Of a stretch of DNA of 64,000 nucleotides, positions 24,885 through 37,324 are shown piece by piece. The notes under the pieces were generated by a model. The model searched no databases. It had not been told where the DNA came from and saw only the letters and a program-made list of their open reading frames with translations. Source of the stretch: Negaprion brevirostris (Eukaryota); NCBI GenBank assembly GCA_030324005.1, contig JARDVH010000025.1, forward strand, positions 40,164,836 through 40,228,835, given 5' to 3'. The position numbers and the translations under genes were made by a program. The first letter of the stretch is position 1. Each line of letters starts with the position of its first letter.

Positions 24885-26410
24885 CTAACAGAATGACCAA
24901 CATGCTTCACAGAAACATTATAAAAATCAAATATGACACTAAGCCACGTAAGATGTTAGGTGAGGTGAACAAAAGCCTTGTCAAAGAGATTTGAAATGTC
25001 TTAAAGGGAGGAAAGTGAGGTGGAGAGGGGTAAGCAGGAAAGTCCAGAGGTTCAGGCCTGGGCAACCCAAGGCACAGCTAAAAGTGGAACAGTTAAAATC
25101 AGCAACTCTCAAAAGGCCAGAATCAGATGAGCGCAGATGTTGCAGAGGAGATTATGGAGATAGGGAGGGACTAGCCCATAAAGGGATTTGAAAAAAGGGA
25201 TGGAAATTTTAATACCAAGACATTGCTCCAAAGTTAGCTAATATTGGTCAGTCAGAACATAGGTGAAAAGTGAGCGTGACTTAGTGTGAGCTAAGAAAAT
25301 AGACAGCAGAGGTTTGGATGACATCAACTATTTGGAGACAAAAAGATGTGGGAGACCAGCCAGGAGTGCATTTGATCAACAGCATCTGGAGGTAGTAGGG
25401 CTTTAGTAAAAGATGAGTTGAGGCCAATTAAATCCAACAAATGGTGTTTTTGTGTGAAGAGGTTGGCTCTACAACAGAAAATATGGAAATGAGACTGAAG
25501 AAAGATAAATTAGGTGAGAAAAATGGGGGAGTGGGACTAACTGTATGATATTAAAACCTCCTCATGAAGGGCAGAATACAACCTCACTCTGGCATCTAAT
25601 TGTTCCACTATGAAAATGCGAGGTAACCACTGACATATTTAAATAGAGCCCCAATAGGGAGACTGGTTTCAAACTAGTCGGTGCTGCATGCATTTTATAA
25701 AGAGTAGGAAATTCAGCAGTGAAATGGAGACGGAGCTGCAAACTCTCTTGGCCAAATGCCTGTTTCATCATTTCTCGTGGGTCAGGAAAAGCAGGAGTGC
25801 TTACCCCAGGCCCCTCAATAGAAGTTTTCTGCCTCCTTGCCAACCCTCAATCTCCAACCTCTCCTCCAGCCCTCTCAATTGCTTGCTTCACTCAACCTTC
25901 CACCCCAATCTTCTGTTCCTCTCCAGCTCTCTAAAAATTTAAGCCTCTTGAATTCTCCAAATTACCGGCCACCCAATGCTCTCCCAATTGCCGGTGCTTG
26001 TCCCCAAAGGTCACTCATTGCACCTTACTGTTACTGGGGGCCTCCTCCTCTCACCTTTTGACCAGGCTGTGTATCCTGTCAGGCAGGAGGCAGAGCTACA
26101 GGCTGTTGATGAATTTAAATTTAGCTTCACGCCTCTGGCTTTGGTTTTTCAATTGCTTTCACCCACATCCTCCTGCTGATTTTTGGGGTTGCTATTTTTC
26201 AAAAAACCAACAGGGCACGATGGGGCGAGTGCTCTTTTTGTGCTCACTGATTCCATGAAAGGTGAACAGACTACATTGCCGTGCAAACAACGTAATAACA
26301 TTTTCAGGTTATAGATCCTCAACTCGAACTCTATTAATCGTTCCACAGCTGCTGTGACATTAACATTTCCAGCATTTTTTATTTTTACTGAAGGAAGTTT
26401 TTTGTCTTAC

Positions 26411-26492
26411 CTCCAATGCATCTCCCTCTAGGTCTACGTCTTCTGCATTCTTTCCTACCTCGTCCGTTATAGAGTTCACCATTTCACAGAAT
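26411..26492 (-). CDS. MAP3K5: MAP3K5 coding exon (approx. exon 14), FCEMVNSITDEVGKNAEDVDLEGDALE
   Basis: Acceptor ggttttcAG, donor GAG|GTAAGA; 82 nt. Confidence 0.93.
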
Positions 26493-27635
26493 CTGAAAAC
26501 CAACATTCACAGCACCAACAACATTAGTTTTTAATGAACTTCCACAGAACTTGCACAATGAAAATTACTAGCACTTCATCACATTTATGATTTAACCTGT
26601 TCTTCAATTATATTCAGCCTATCACTGTAAAAATAAATTCTGGCCGGTACACACCATGTTACAATTTATATCCTATGCAGCTAACCCATCTCATTGTTTC
26701 CAATGTACGACACAACCACAGGATGAAAATGTTATTGCAGCAAAATAATTTTACCTTCAGTGAAACACTTCTAGGAATAGAAATGCCCTGCATTTCACGT
26801 AGATGGATTTAAATCTGCATGTCTAATGATGCTTGAATGTTAGGTTAGGGGTGTTATTACATTGCTGCTTCTTCTAACATTAGCCAGCTCAAATGAAGAA
26901 GTGACAATTTTATCAAGGCAAATACACAGCTTGGTCTCAATTAATGAGCAAGAAAAGAAAACAATTATTCAGTGAGGAAATTTGGCCCACATCATTAAAA
27001 AAAATAGCATGCAATCCAAAATCTTTTTTGATCTGATGAAAATTATGAAAATCTTAAATATTACTATTTGACTTTGAGATTGCTTTGCAATAAAATTGTG
27101 TTTTTTCCATTTAATTTCTCAAAGGATTTCGCTACAAATTCTGCCAAGCAACCAAAAACAAATTAATCATCTGGTTTTCCTCCAAAGGTTCCTAATCTCC
27201 AATGGATCAAGCTGGGAATGTCATTAAAATGAAAAAAATGAACAAAACCACTTCTGTTTTTACATTCTGAGCAATGGCACTACAGTTCAAATTAAATCTA
27301 GATACACTGCAATGACTGACTCATGCACTGCAGATAAAGAGTCACAAAAGTACCAAGTCAACAAGAGCATTAACTCTATAAACTAGAATTCTATTCAGTC
27401 CTAATCTTATGGAACTGAACAATATCATGTTGAACAGTACAGAAGCCACTTCTTCACAAATCCCCACAGAACAAGCCGCTGACCTCAGGATAGATTATTT
27501 ATGCAAAGCGGGTGTCGAACTCAAATGAACACTCTCAACGAACTATATGTTTACAGGTGGCATTGTTTGTAGGTTGCGCGTTGTCGACAAGAATGTGCAG
27601 GCTTCGAGGAACCTAGATTATTAAAAATTACATAC

Positions 27636-27731
27636 CGCTTGCAGTGAAGCTCTGTGCAAAAGTATATCTGAAAGTCATCCGAATTATGCAGAACATACAG
27701 GAAGCAACACCGTTCATCACATTTTGAAACA
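27636..27731 (-). CDS. MAP3K5: MAP3K5 coding exon (approx. exon 13), VSKCDERCCFLYVLHNSDDFQIYFCTELHCKR
   Basis: Acceptor ttgatatttcAG, donor CG|GTATGT; 96 nt; phase 2/2. Confidence 0.95.
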
Positions 27732-28144
27732 CTGAAATATCAAAGAAGGAGCAATTTGAAGCAATCCTCTGCCACACAACTTTTTCAGAAGGTCACAATG
27801 TAATTCATCATTTTATTTTAATGCCCAATGCATTCGTAAACATTTTGGGGCAGAGATTACATGCAAAGGAACCTGCTTAAATTGCAGTCACATTCACACT
27901 GAGCTCATCACCCACTCCCTGTCAACTCAGTCATTACAAAAATATTGTTTAGCACTACTCTCTTTCAGTTTCTTCTTTTAGTCCACATGTTATTTTAGAG
28001 GGTGGGTGCAAACTGTAGCAAGTAGGAAGTGCAAGAAAATGCAAATAATACACTTTAACTACAATTTGCTGGCTCTACAATCTTTCTTTGGGACAGGAGA
28101 GCATCAAATCTAATTTTATACATGCCTTTTACAGAGTCTCCTAT

Positions 28145-28328
28145 CATAGAATCCCTACAGTGCAGAAGGAGGCCATTCAGCCCATCAAGTCTGCACTGAC
28201 CACAATCCCACCCAAGCCCTATCCCCCTAATCCCATGTATTTACTCTGCTAATCCCTCTAACCTACGCACCCAGGGATACTAAAGGGACAATTTAGCATG
28301 GCCAATCAACCCAAACTGCACATCTTTG
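28145..28328 (-). mobile_element. 3' half of a V-SINE/HE1-like SINE, tail A
   Basis: catagaatccctacagtgcagaaggaggccattc...gcacatctttg. Confidence 0.8.
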
Positions 28329-28336
28329 ATAGCTAT

Positions 28337-28951
28337 GGGGAAATGTTTTACAGGTGGTGGGGTCTCTTCCGTCCCAGCTCCACCCAAAGGCTCAGTGGAG
28401 AACACACCTCCACCAGTGCTGGCAGCCGTTTGTTATTTGGTCGAAGGCGGGAATTCTGCCCCTCACTCAGGAGGGTGCCCCATCTCAGAGAGAATCCAGC
28501 CAATCTGATTGGCCGCCAGCTCCGCAGTCACGGCAACACGAGTGGGAGTTGTGACCGGGACTGGGGTGGCCGGCAGTCCCCCAGGTTCGAAGACCCAGAA
28601 CTCAGGGTGGAGGCCGGGTGGGGGAGGCTCCTGCGTGGAAATGATGAGTGTGGGGTGAGGGTGGCATGGTAGATAGTGAGGGGGGGAGGGGGGGGGACAG
28701 TAACGGAAAGGGTGCCAATCCCCTTTCCCACTCGAGCAGGGCAATCTTCCTTCCAGTGGAAAACATATGGCCAGGCATGGAACTGCCCTCCTCTGGCCAT
28801 ACCTTTCCCAGTTTTGGGGTCAGATAGGCAGACCCCTCTCCACCACACCCCTCCCCTCCCCCACTCATCCTCACGTGCCCCCCCCCCCACCCCGTCAATC
28901 TGCGGGCAGTTTGGGGTGAAGGCAGGATGGACAGCCGGGGAATTTTCGGGG
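28337..28951. mobile_element. GC-rich non-autonomous DNA-transposon-like repeat
   Basis: Abrupt GC-rich island sharing the palindromic gccaatcNgattggc motif with 22980-23420 and 57050-57240; termini not clean. Confidence 0.4.
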
Positions 28952-29344
28952 CTAATAGCTTGCAAATATGTTGGCTGGGGTCCATGATGATAAAGGAAGA
29001 TGAAGAGAGGTGGGAAGAAGCTGTTAAGAAGCAAAAACGCCAACATAGCCAAGATGGGCCCAAGGGCCTGGTTACTGTGCTGAATATTCTATTTACACTT
29101 AGATCAAATTCATGTTTGTGACAATCTCCAGATTCAGAGTCAAATCCCTTCCCATTGTTTTTATTTATTCCTTCATGAGACACGGCTGGGCCAGCATTTA
29201 TTCCCCATCTCTAGTTGCCCCAGGGCAGTTGAGAGTCAACCACATTGCTGTGGCTCTGGAGTCAAATGTAGGCCAGACCAGGTAAGGAAGGCAGATTTCC
29301 ATCCTTAAAGGACATGAGTAAACCAGATCAGTTTTCCTGACAAT

Positions 29345-29645
29345 CATAGAATCCTACAGTTCAGAAAGAGGCCATTTGGCCCATTGAGTCTGAATCCACC
29401 AAAATTCTACCCAGACCCTATCCCCATATTTACCCTTTGAATCCCTTTGACATTAGGGTCAATTTAGCATGGCTAATCCACCTAACCTGCACATCTCTGG
29501 ACTGTGGGAGGAAACCAGAGAAAACTCACAAAGACACAGGGAGAATGTGCAAACTCCGCATAGACAACGACCTAAGCCGGGAATCGAACCTGGATCCCTA
29601 GCACTGTGAGGCAGTAGTGCTAACCACTGTGCCACCATGCCGCCC
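29345..29645 (-). mobile_element. V-SINE/HE1-like SINE, tail A, abutting a second SINE family (29160-29345)
   Basis: Family sequence on the minus strand. Confidence 0.85.
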
Positions 29646-29967
29646 CAACATTATGTACATTACCAAAAAACTACCTTCTCAACACTTATGCTACTAATGT
29701 CACTAAAGATGATACAAAGATTAACATTACAATTTTCATGTATTATAGCTATCCTTGAGCTAATTAACAGTAATTATTATACTATCGGTGATTTCATTGG
29801 ATCTTCAGAAGTTATTAATCTTTATTGTCCTCAAACATATTGTAATTATATTTCTGGTTGTATTAGAATTTCAAATATTAAGCACTTAGGAGTACATTCT
29901 GCTGAAGAAAAGTTTTCTATTATTTCAACATGATTTCATCTTATGATATTGAATTCCTGTTCAAACT

Positions 29968-31751
29968 ATTGGCTTCTATCAGAGGCATGGATGAGGAGAG
30001 GTCAATGGCTTGAATGTACACAGCTGAAGAGAGGCAGCCAATGCACAACTCTAAACCTCCATCCCCCTAAGTGTATGGTCATGGCTGACAAAGGATCATT
30101 TTGTTCATCTTTTTATGCTCCAAGGCAATGGTCTCTCCATGTAGTCTCAAAGGTAGTGGAAACCAGCCCAAGGGACGTTTCTAGCACGTGGTTCTCATCA
30201 CCCTGGTCAAAGAGCAATGTCTCCATATCCAGTCATATATGAACAGGAGGAACACCGATCTCTGCTCCACCATGATATCTTTTAATTGGAATGAGTGGGG
30301 TGGGAGTGGCATGTCTAGATGGAAGCCAGGTAAAGGGCTCAGCAGAGGCCTGTTGGCTTTGAGATGGACACAAACCTATAAAGGGCATGCTTACTTAATG
30401 TATCACTTCAATTTCTTCACACATCCATTAAGGTCTTGATGTTGCAACCCTGCCTTGTTAATGGCTGTCATCCAGATAAGGATCTACAGGTTGACACAAG
30501 GCCAGGAGAAGCAGCTGGGCCCCTGGAAGGCTAGGATGCTGGTGAATACGATCACTGCATTGACAAGGATTAGCCTTGTCATTGCAGTGATCCATTCTGA
30601 TGTGTTTGGGTGACAGGTCTAGGATGAGATGTGATTGGTGTAAAAGGGGTGGGGCTTACAGAAAGGGAATAGACATGTGGCTTCAATAATAAGAGGAGGC
30701 AGGATCAAGCTAGACATGGTGACAGTAATGGGTGTCACCTCTAAAAGGAGGGAAGGCATGTGGAGGTTAGGGGTGCTTCTTGCTGGATCGCAGAACAGCT
30801 GAACACGCATGCTCTTTTGCTGATCAGATCATTAATTATGTAGCTGCGAGGAGCTTCGTAAATCTTGCGGTGGGCCAGGCAGGAAGTTCCCACTTCACTT
30901 TTATCTCTTGGGACAGAAGGTCTTGGTTCCATATTTAAAAGGTTCCCAGACAGCCATTTATACAATGCAGGCCAGGACAACCAGAGTCCTTGTGTCTGCA
31001 GTGTGAACTTGAGAAGCTGGAAGATGTGAGTAATCACATCCTGGGACTTATAAGGGCTCTTCGGCATGGCCTCTTGCACATTGCTAGATAAGATCACCAC
31101 CAGCAATACACTCATTGGCAGACTAATCCTTGTCATTGCAATAATCCATATTCATCGGCATCCTAACTTTCCAGAGGCCCAGCTGCTTCTTCTGGCCTTG
31201 TGCCAACCTGTAGTGGGCCTTCCTTATCCTTATCTGGATGACAGCCATTCACAAGGCAGGGTTGTAACATCAAGACCTTAATGGATATGTGAAGAAATTG
31301 AAGTGAAAGATCATGTGAGCATGCCCTTTGTAGGTTTCCCTCCATCTCAAAGCCAACAGGTCTCTTCTATGCCCTTCACCTGGCTTCCATCTGAACATGG
31401 CATTCCCACCCCACTCATTCCAGTTAAAAGATATCCTGGTGGACCAGAGATGGGTGTTTCTCCTCTTTATACACGACTGGATATGAAGATATTGCACTTT
31501 GACCAGGGTGATGAGATCCATGTGCTAGAAACCTCTCTTGAACAGTATTGTGTTGGTCTCCACTACCTTTGAGGCTATATGGAGAGACCATTGCCTTGGA
31601 GCATAAAAAGACCAACCAAATGATCCCTTGTCAGTCATGACCATACACTTAGGGGGATGGAGGTTTGGAGTTGTGGATTGGCTGCCCCTCAACAGCTGTG
31701 TACCTTCAAGCCATCCACCTCCCTTCATCCATGCCTCTGACAGAAGCCAAT
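29968..31751. repeat. Long inverted repeat (arms about 29968-30575 and 31120-31751)
   Basis: The arms are reverse complements; mirrored ORFs WLLSEAWM...NLHPPKCMVM.DKGSF appear on opposite strands in the ORF track. Confidence 0.92.
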
Positions 31752-32482
31752 GGCAAATGAATGGCAGCTCCACATTTTGAAGAGATCTCAATGCTAGGAG
31801 TTCCATGAACTAATCCGCTGCAATGTAGCATTCTTGACAGAGAGGAGAACACACAAAGCATCTCNNNNNNNNNNNNNNNNNNNNNNNNNNNNNNNNNNNN
31901 NNNNNNNNNNNNNNNNNNNNNNNNNNNNNNNNNNNNNNNNNNNNNNNNNNNNNNNNNNNNNNNNAAATGTTGGTTATTGAAAACTGAAGAGGATTGTAAC
32001 AAGTGTTCTCAGATTCATAGAATCCTTACATCTCAGTACTTCCACAAAAATGAAAACAAAAAAAACAGAAAAAAACTGTTCCAGATAATGTCTCCCTCAA
32101 AAACCGACAATATTCTTCACTCTTCAGGCTTCTGGTTGCTGGAGGATCCTTAACCATTATTGAAAAATGTTGCTAGTAATTTTCATTCTTAAATAAGATG
32201 TCAGGCTAACTCACCTATATCTTCCAGAAGCACCATCCAATTAAACCAAACTGGGGAATAATTCTGTCAAAACATATCTTTACATTTCTGTAATTTTCCT
32301 CTCTTTACCACAATAACCGATATCATTTATCTAAACCACCTTTGTGTGGTGCATCTGGTCAGAAGTCACTAAACTGAAATGGTATTTGCTTAAATCATTC
32401 CAGCATGATTAACAGTAAAGACCAGAGGCAGTTACTAGATGATGAAAGGAAATTGTTCATTTCTTCCAAATTGAAAAAGCCT

Positions 32483-32710
32483 TGAAATGGCCTCAGCAAG
32501 GCCCATGAGGTTGGCCTCTTGGAGTATGAGCTCCCTGATTGAGGTAATGATTGCCTGTCCAATCAGGAAGTCACCTGTATATACAAGGGAGATCAGGGCT
32601 ACTGATACTCTGGCTTCTGACTTTGTATCTGAAGCACTTTTGGAGTGGAATTGACTCTGTAAATAAAGGAAATCTGGCGAAGGGCCATGGGCCTCTGAGG
32701 AGTCATTTCA
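32483..32710 (+). mobile_element. Solo LTR-like element (228 bp)
   Basis: TG...CA termini with imperfect ~25-bp inverted ends; CCAAT (32559), TATATA (32578) and AATAAA (32662) in LTR order; no TSD seen. Confidence 0.6.
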
Positions 32711-32813
32711 GAACCATTGCATTGGCTGTGCTGAACTTTTATGCTGCATTCACTACACAGTTAGAGAGCACCAAGATTTGTGCTGCAAGTAGTACACCAG
32801 TCAAGTCACTGAC

Positions 32814-32863
32814 CTTACACCCCTAATAGTTGCAGCATTGAAGTTCCATTCGTATATGCCATT
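32814..32863 (-). CDS. MAP3K5: MAP3K5 small coding exon (approx. exon 12), NGIYEWNFNAATIRGVS
   Basis: Acceptor accacAG, donor AG|GTCAGT; 50 nt; resembles ASK1 KGIHEWNFSASSVRGVS; preceded by a 131-nt intron. Confidence 0.92.
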
Positions 32864-32994
32864 CTGTGGTACACAACACATTGGATCCATAAGGGGAAAA
32901 GAAATACAAACACATGTTACAGCTAGAGAATTATGAATACTGAAAAATTAATTAACTGAACGCCCTTTGTGTGTGTTATGTTCTATAAAATTAC

Positions 32995-33102
32995 CTTGTC
33001 ATTTGGCGATACATGCCAAATAGACACCGTCTTCTCCTCTGCATCATTGTTTATGGATAAATAAGCAGGCTGGAAGACTTTGGTTGGCTCCAAGATTAAA
33101 AC
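32995..33102 (-). CDS. MAP3K5: MAP3K5 coding exon (approx. exon 11), VLILEPTKVFQPAYLSINNDAEEKTVSIWHVSPNDK (start of PH-like domain)
   Basis: Read by hand; acceptor ataaacAG, donor AAG|GTAATT; 108 nt; phase 0/0. Confidence 0.94.
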
Positions 33103-33579
33103 CTGTTTATAGAAGTGTGAACATCACAAAGCTGCATTATTAGCGATTCCAGACTTAATGTAAAGTCTCCCACAGTGGAGTGGATTAATAGCGTAGTATG
33201 AACAAACATCTAAGTCCGGGCCCTCAATTTGAATAGTTTTGGAAAATGTCAACATTATCAAGTCACATTATTAACGAGAATACCATTCATGTAACCATGT
33301 ACTTGACAAATAATCAACGCACAAATAAACATAACATTTTGTCAGTTTCCAACAGATTTCATCATGCAACACGCTTCGACCAGTTAATCAAATTTTAAAT
33401 AATCTGAAGCACATTCCTGGCCGCCTGGCGCCAACTGAATCACTGGGCTAAATTTTCAGTTGNNNNNNNNNNNNNNNNNNNNNNNNNNNNNNNNNNNNNN
33501 NNNNNNNNNNNNNNNNNNNNNNNNNNNNNNNNNNNNNNNNNNNNNNNNNNNNNNNNNNNNNNTAGCAGAGTGTAGATTT

Positions 33580-33835
33580 CCTGCCATTGAATTATAGAAC
33601 TGTTACAGTAAAAGAGGCTGCCACTCAGCCAATCATGTCCATGCTGACCCTCTGATAAAGCAATCATGCCACTCCTCTGCCATTCCCCCATAGCCCTGCA
33701 AAGTTTTCTTTTTCGGATATGATCCAATTCCGTTTCGAAAACCTCAGATGAACCCGACTCCAGCACACCCGCAGGCAGTGCATTCCAGATCCTAACCACT
33801 TGGTGTGTGAAAGAGATTTTCTAAATGGCACCATT
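33580..33835 (-). mobile_element. CR1-like LINE 3' fragment
   Basis: VRIWNALPAGVLESGSSEVFETELD; an internally deleted SINE follows at 33854-33980 (+). Confidence 0.65.
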
Positions 33836-34059
33836 GTTTCTTTTGCCAATTATGATCACTGTCTGTGTGGAGTTTGTGTGTTCTCCTCTATGGAGTTACA
33901 GGGATAGGGCCAGGGTGCGATTGCTGTCGGCGCAGGCTCAATGGGCCAAATGGCCTCCTTCTGCACTATAGGGATTCTAGGATTTTATGTCCCACTGGTT
34001 CTCAGTCCTTCCATCAATGGGAACAATGCTCCCTTACCGACTCCAAAAACCTCAATCAT

Positions 34060-34255
34060 CTTCCTTTTTTCTAGGTATGGCTCCAACCAATATGCAGATT
34101 CCCACTGACTTTAGTTTTTCTAGAGCTCCATGATCAAATGCAGCCTTAATATCAAGGTCAATCACTGTCATCATACTTTTGGAGTTCAGCACTTTTGTCC
34201 GTGCTTGGTGCAAGGCTGTAATGAGGTCAGGAGTGGAGTGACACTGGTGGAACAG
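34060..34255 (-). mobile_element. LINE reverse-transcriptase fragment (CR1/L2 group)
   Basis: DLITAL...DLDIKAAFD RT motif; probably the same family as the 57922-58170 (+) fragment IIKPGDQPWFNEKCRRACQEQHQ. Confidence 0.6.
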
Positions 34256-34422
34256 CTGATCTTGATACTTACACGGGACAAATGAGTTGCCTCTTTTGTT
34301 AAGGATTACATCCCTGAATTGTGTTTGTACGTGCGTGTGCACATTCACACATAGGTGTTTGTGTGAGTGCACATGGGAGCACCAGGTTAAAGAAACACAA
34401 ATATAAAATTAAAACCACATAC

Positions 34423-34576
34423 AGGAAATCGAACCAATGACACAGCTTCATTGGTGGCTTCAACAATAAAATCCATCCAAAAGTCCATCCGTTCCTGATA
34501 TTCAGAGGGCTGCTCTGGAGTTTGCTTCTTGAAACGTTGGTATATATGAATGGTTTGTACAACAGACTTCAGATAC
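34423..34576 (-). CDS. MAP3K5: MAP3K5 coding exon (approx. exon 10), YLKSVVQTIHIYQRFKKQTPEQPSEYQERMDFWMDFIVEATNEAVSLVRFP
   Basis: Acceptor ttttgcatttgtAG, donor CCT|GTATGT; 154 nt. Confidence 0.95.
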
Positions 34577-34727
34577 CTACAAATGCAAAATAAAAGCTGA
34601 TCAGGAACATGCAACAGCGCTGTGACATCAACAAGAATTTTTTAAACCCCCATCTCTCAACACCATGCACAGGCCAAACTACTAGGTTCCAACTTGTTAT
34701 ATTTCAAAGCAACTAACTGGACTCTCT

Positions 34728-35536
34728 GGGCCTGATTTTACCATCAGCCTGCGTGGCTGAAAATTTGGTAAAGACAGGTGTGAGGTGAGTAGCGCAATCC
34801 GTGCCCACTCTGCACCAGTTCACCCTTTACCAAGGCCTGAAAATGGCTGCGATCGGGACTGCGCCCAAAACAGGCGCAATGGCCATTTAAACTGATATAA
34901 TGGGCTTCACACTCACTTTACTGGCACTTCCCCTTTACCACCGCATTCACCCAACTGGATTTGGTGCAAAACAGACATGCTTCATGCAAGTCCGGTTTGG
35001 GTGCTCCATTAGTGAGGAGGTAAGTGCTGTGTGTCCAACATCTCTCTGCTTGAGATCAGTTTGTGTGTGCATGTGGCGGGGGGCGGTGGGATAAGGGAGT
35101 CAGTAATATTGTGAGGGTGGGGCAANNNNNNNNNNCCTGAGGTCTATGGGGGAGGAAGGAGGGAATGCCTGCCATCGGTCTAGGTGGCAGGCGGTTAGGG
35201 GGATAAGGGGGGGGGATGGTCAGTAATATTGTGAGGGTGGGGCAATGTCTGTGAGGGCCGAGGCAGGCATTATCCAGCCCAGGAGGGATGTGATAGGGGA
35301 GCAGCATTCTATCTTTTTTTCTGTGCGTGCACAGTTGGAGGTGCCAATTGGAGCTGCAGGATTTTGGGCGCGTTATCCCCGCCCACAGGCTTGTGCAGCG
35401 CGACTCGGAATCGCTGATATCTTTGTAGGCAGAATGTGTATGGGGGTGTCTGAGAACAGGTCTAAAAGTCGGATCTGAAACACTCCCAGTTTAAACTCTG
35501 CCCAGCAATTAGTACCAAAATGGTAAAACAAGGCCC
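34728..35536. mobile_element. Complete non-autonomous PIF/Harbinger-like DNA transposon (MITE)
   Basis: TIRs GGGCCTGATTTTACCAT / ATGGTAAAACAAGGCCC (15 of 17 match) and a 3-bp TCT direct repeat on both flanks. Confidence 0.8.
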
Positions 35537-37324
35537 TCTAATGTTCCGCCCTTTCAATTCCTCGCAAACTTATCTAGAGTCTCCCTTCAGTAAAATGTGA
35601 TCAGTGTGAGAAGGTAAAATTAACTCCAATTCCTCCATTCCATGGACTGTCTCAGGATACGGTCAAAATGGCTACTAGAAGACAGCAGAAATTCACAAGC
35701 TAGTATAAAAACAGAGAACAGAGCTCCCCAGTGAGGTAAAACTGAACCATTCAATGGTTTTAGCACGTAAGGAGATCATCTGGCCCATTGTGTTCAGACT
35801 GGCAAGAACAACTAGTCCCATTCTGCCACCCTTTCCACTATAATCTTGCATCATTTCATCTCTTCAGCTGTTTATCCAATTCCCTTTTGAAAGTCACACC
35901 TGGATTTGCCTCACCCTTACGCAGTACATTCCAGACTCTAATCACTCACTGCATAATAAATATTTCCTCATGCAAAACCAAAATAATGCAGAGGCTGGAG
36001 ACCCTCAGCAGGTCAGTCAGCACGACAGATCAGCCATGATCTTATTGAATGGCGGGGCAGGCTCGAAGGGCTAGATGGCCTACTCCTGCTCCNNNNNNNN
36101 NNNNNNNNNNNNNNNNNNNNNNNNNNNNNNNNNNNNNNNNNNNNNNNNNNNNNNNNNNNNNNNNNNNNNNNNNNNNNNNNNNNNNNNNNNNNGGCTAGAT
36201 GGCCTACTCCTGCTCCTATTTCTTATGGTCCTATGTTCTTATGTTCATCTCAGGCAAGAGAAACAGAGTTAACATTTCTGTTTCTATTGATGCCAAAACA
36301 TTGAATGTATTCAAGAGGCGGCTAGATACAGCACTTGGGGTGAACAGGATCCAAGGTTATGAGAAGAAAACAGGATTACGCTATTAGGTCAGACGATCAG
36401 CCACGATCATGATGAAATGCGGAATAGTCCAAAAGAGTTGAATGGCCTCCTCCTGCCCCTATCTTCTATGTTTCTATGTGACCTTTCTTCTCTAAGAAGG
36501 AGAACCCCCTACTTCTCCAATTTATTCACAAAACTTCAGTCATGGCACCATTCTCAAGTGCGGGATCAGAATTAGACACAAACTCCAGCTGAGGTTGAAC
36601 CAGTAGTTACAAAGGTTCATCTAGCCTGCTAGTTTTTATACTCCATGCCTCTATTTATAAATCCGAGATCCACTAAGGCCAATTTGATCATTTACAATGT
36701 GCTCAGTTAATTAAGCAAACGTATGGGGTAAAGTTAAAGGAATAGCAACAAAACACAGGAAGGAATAGTAACAAAAAAAATTTTAGATAGCAGGAGTTAA
36801 GTGAAATCATTTTAGTTAACTTCCCTCTAAAATACAGAGAAGTCAGTACAAGAAAAGCAGCTGATTGGCCTGTAGTTATTTAAGCCGCAGGTCTAGTACA
36901 GATGTGGCTGGGCACTTTGGACCCGTGAGTGGCTCTCCTGTTCTGTATGGGAACTTCAAGATACTCCCTCTATCATGGATAACTACATGTGGAGGTGCTG
37001 TAATCACCTATAGCAGCTTCAGCAGTAGCTGAGCCATTGCATTACATCCATGAGGTTGAGGGTTTTGTGNNNNNNNNNNNNNNNNNNNNNNNNNNNNNNN
37101 NNNNNNNNNNNNNNNNNNNNNNNNNNNNNNNNNNNNNNNNNNNNNNNNNNNNNNNNNNNNNNNNNNNNNNNNNNNNNNNNNNNNNNTTCATCTGGGAAAT
37201 GCAGCCAGAGCCTAGTCAATGGTGCCAGGGTGGCTCAGCCACACAGAAAGATAGGAGGAGATTAGACTTGCCCGTGAAACCCAATTATGTGGTACTTATC
37301 GAAAACCTTCTGGGAGTTTATCTA

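Noticed and set aside
28298-29183. Overlapping 90-190 aa ORFs on both strands
   Set aside because: Low-complexity Pro/Gly translations of a GC-rich repeat; no recognisable domain
36028-36245. Direct repeat ggctagatggcctactcctgctcc on both sides of a 100-N gap (similarly 35090-35245 around a short gap)
   Set aside because: Most likely unmerged contig overlap rather than a true tandem duplication
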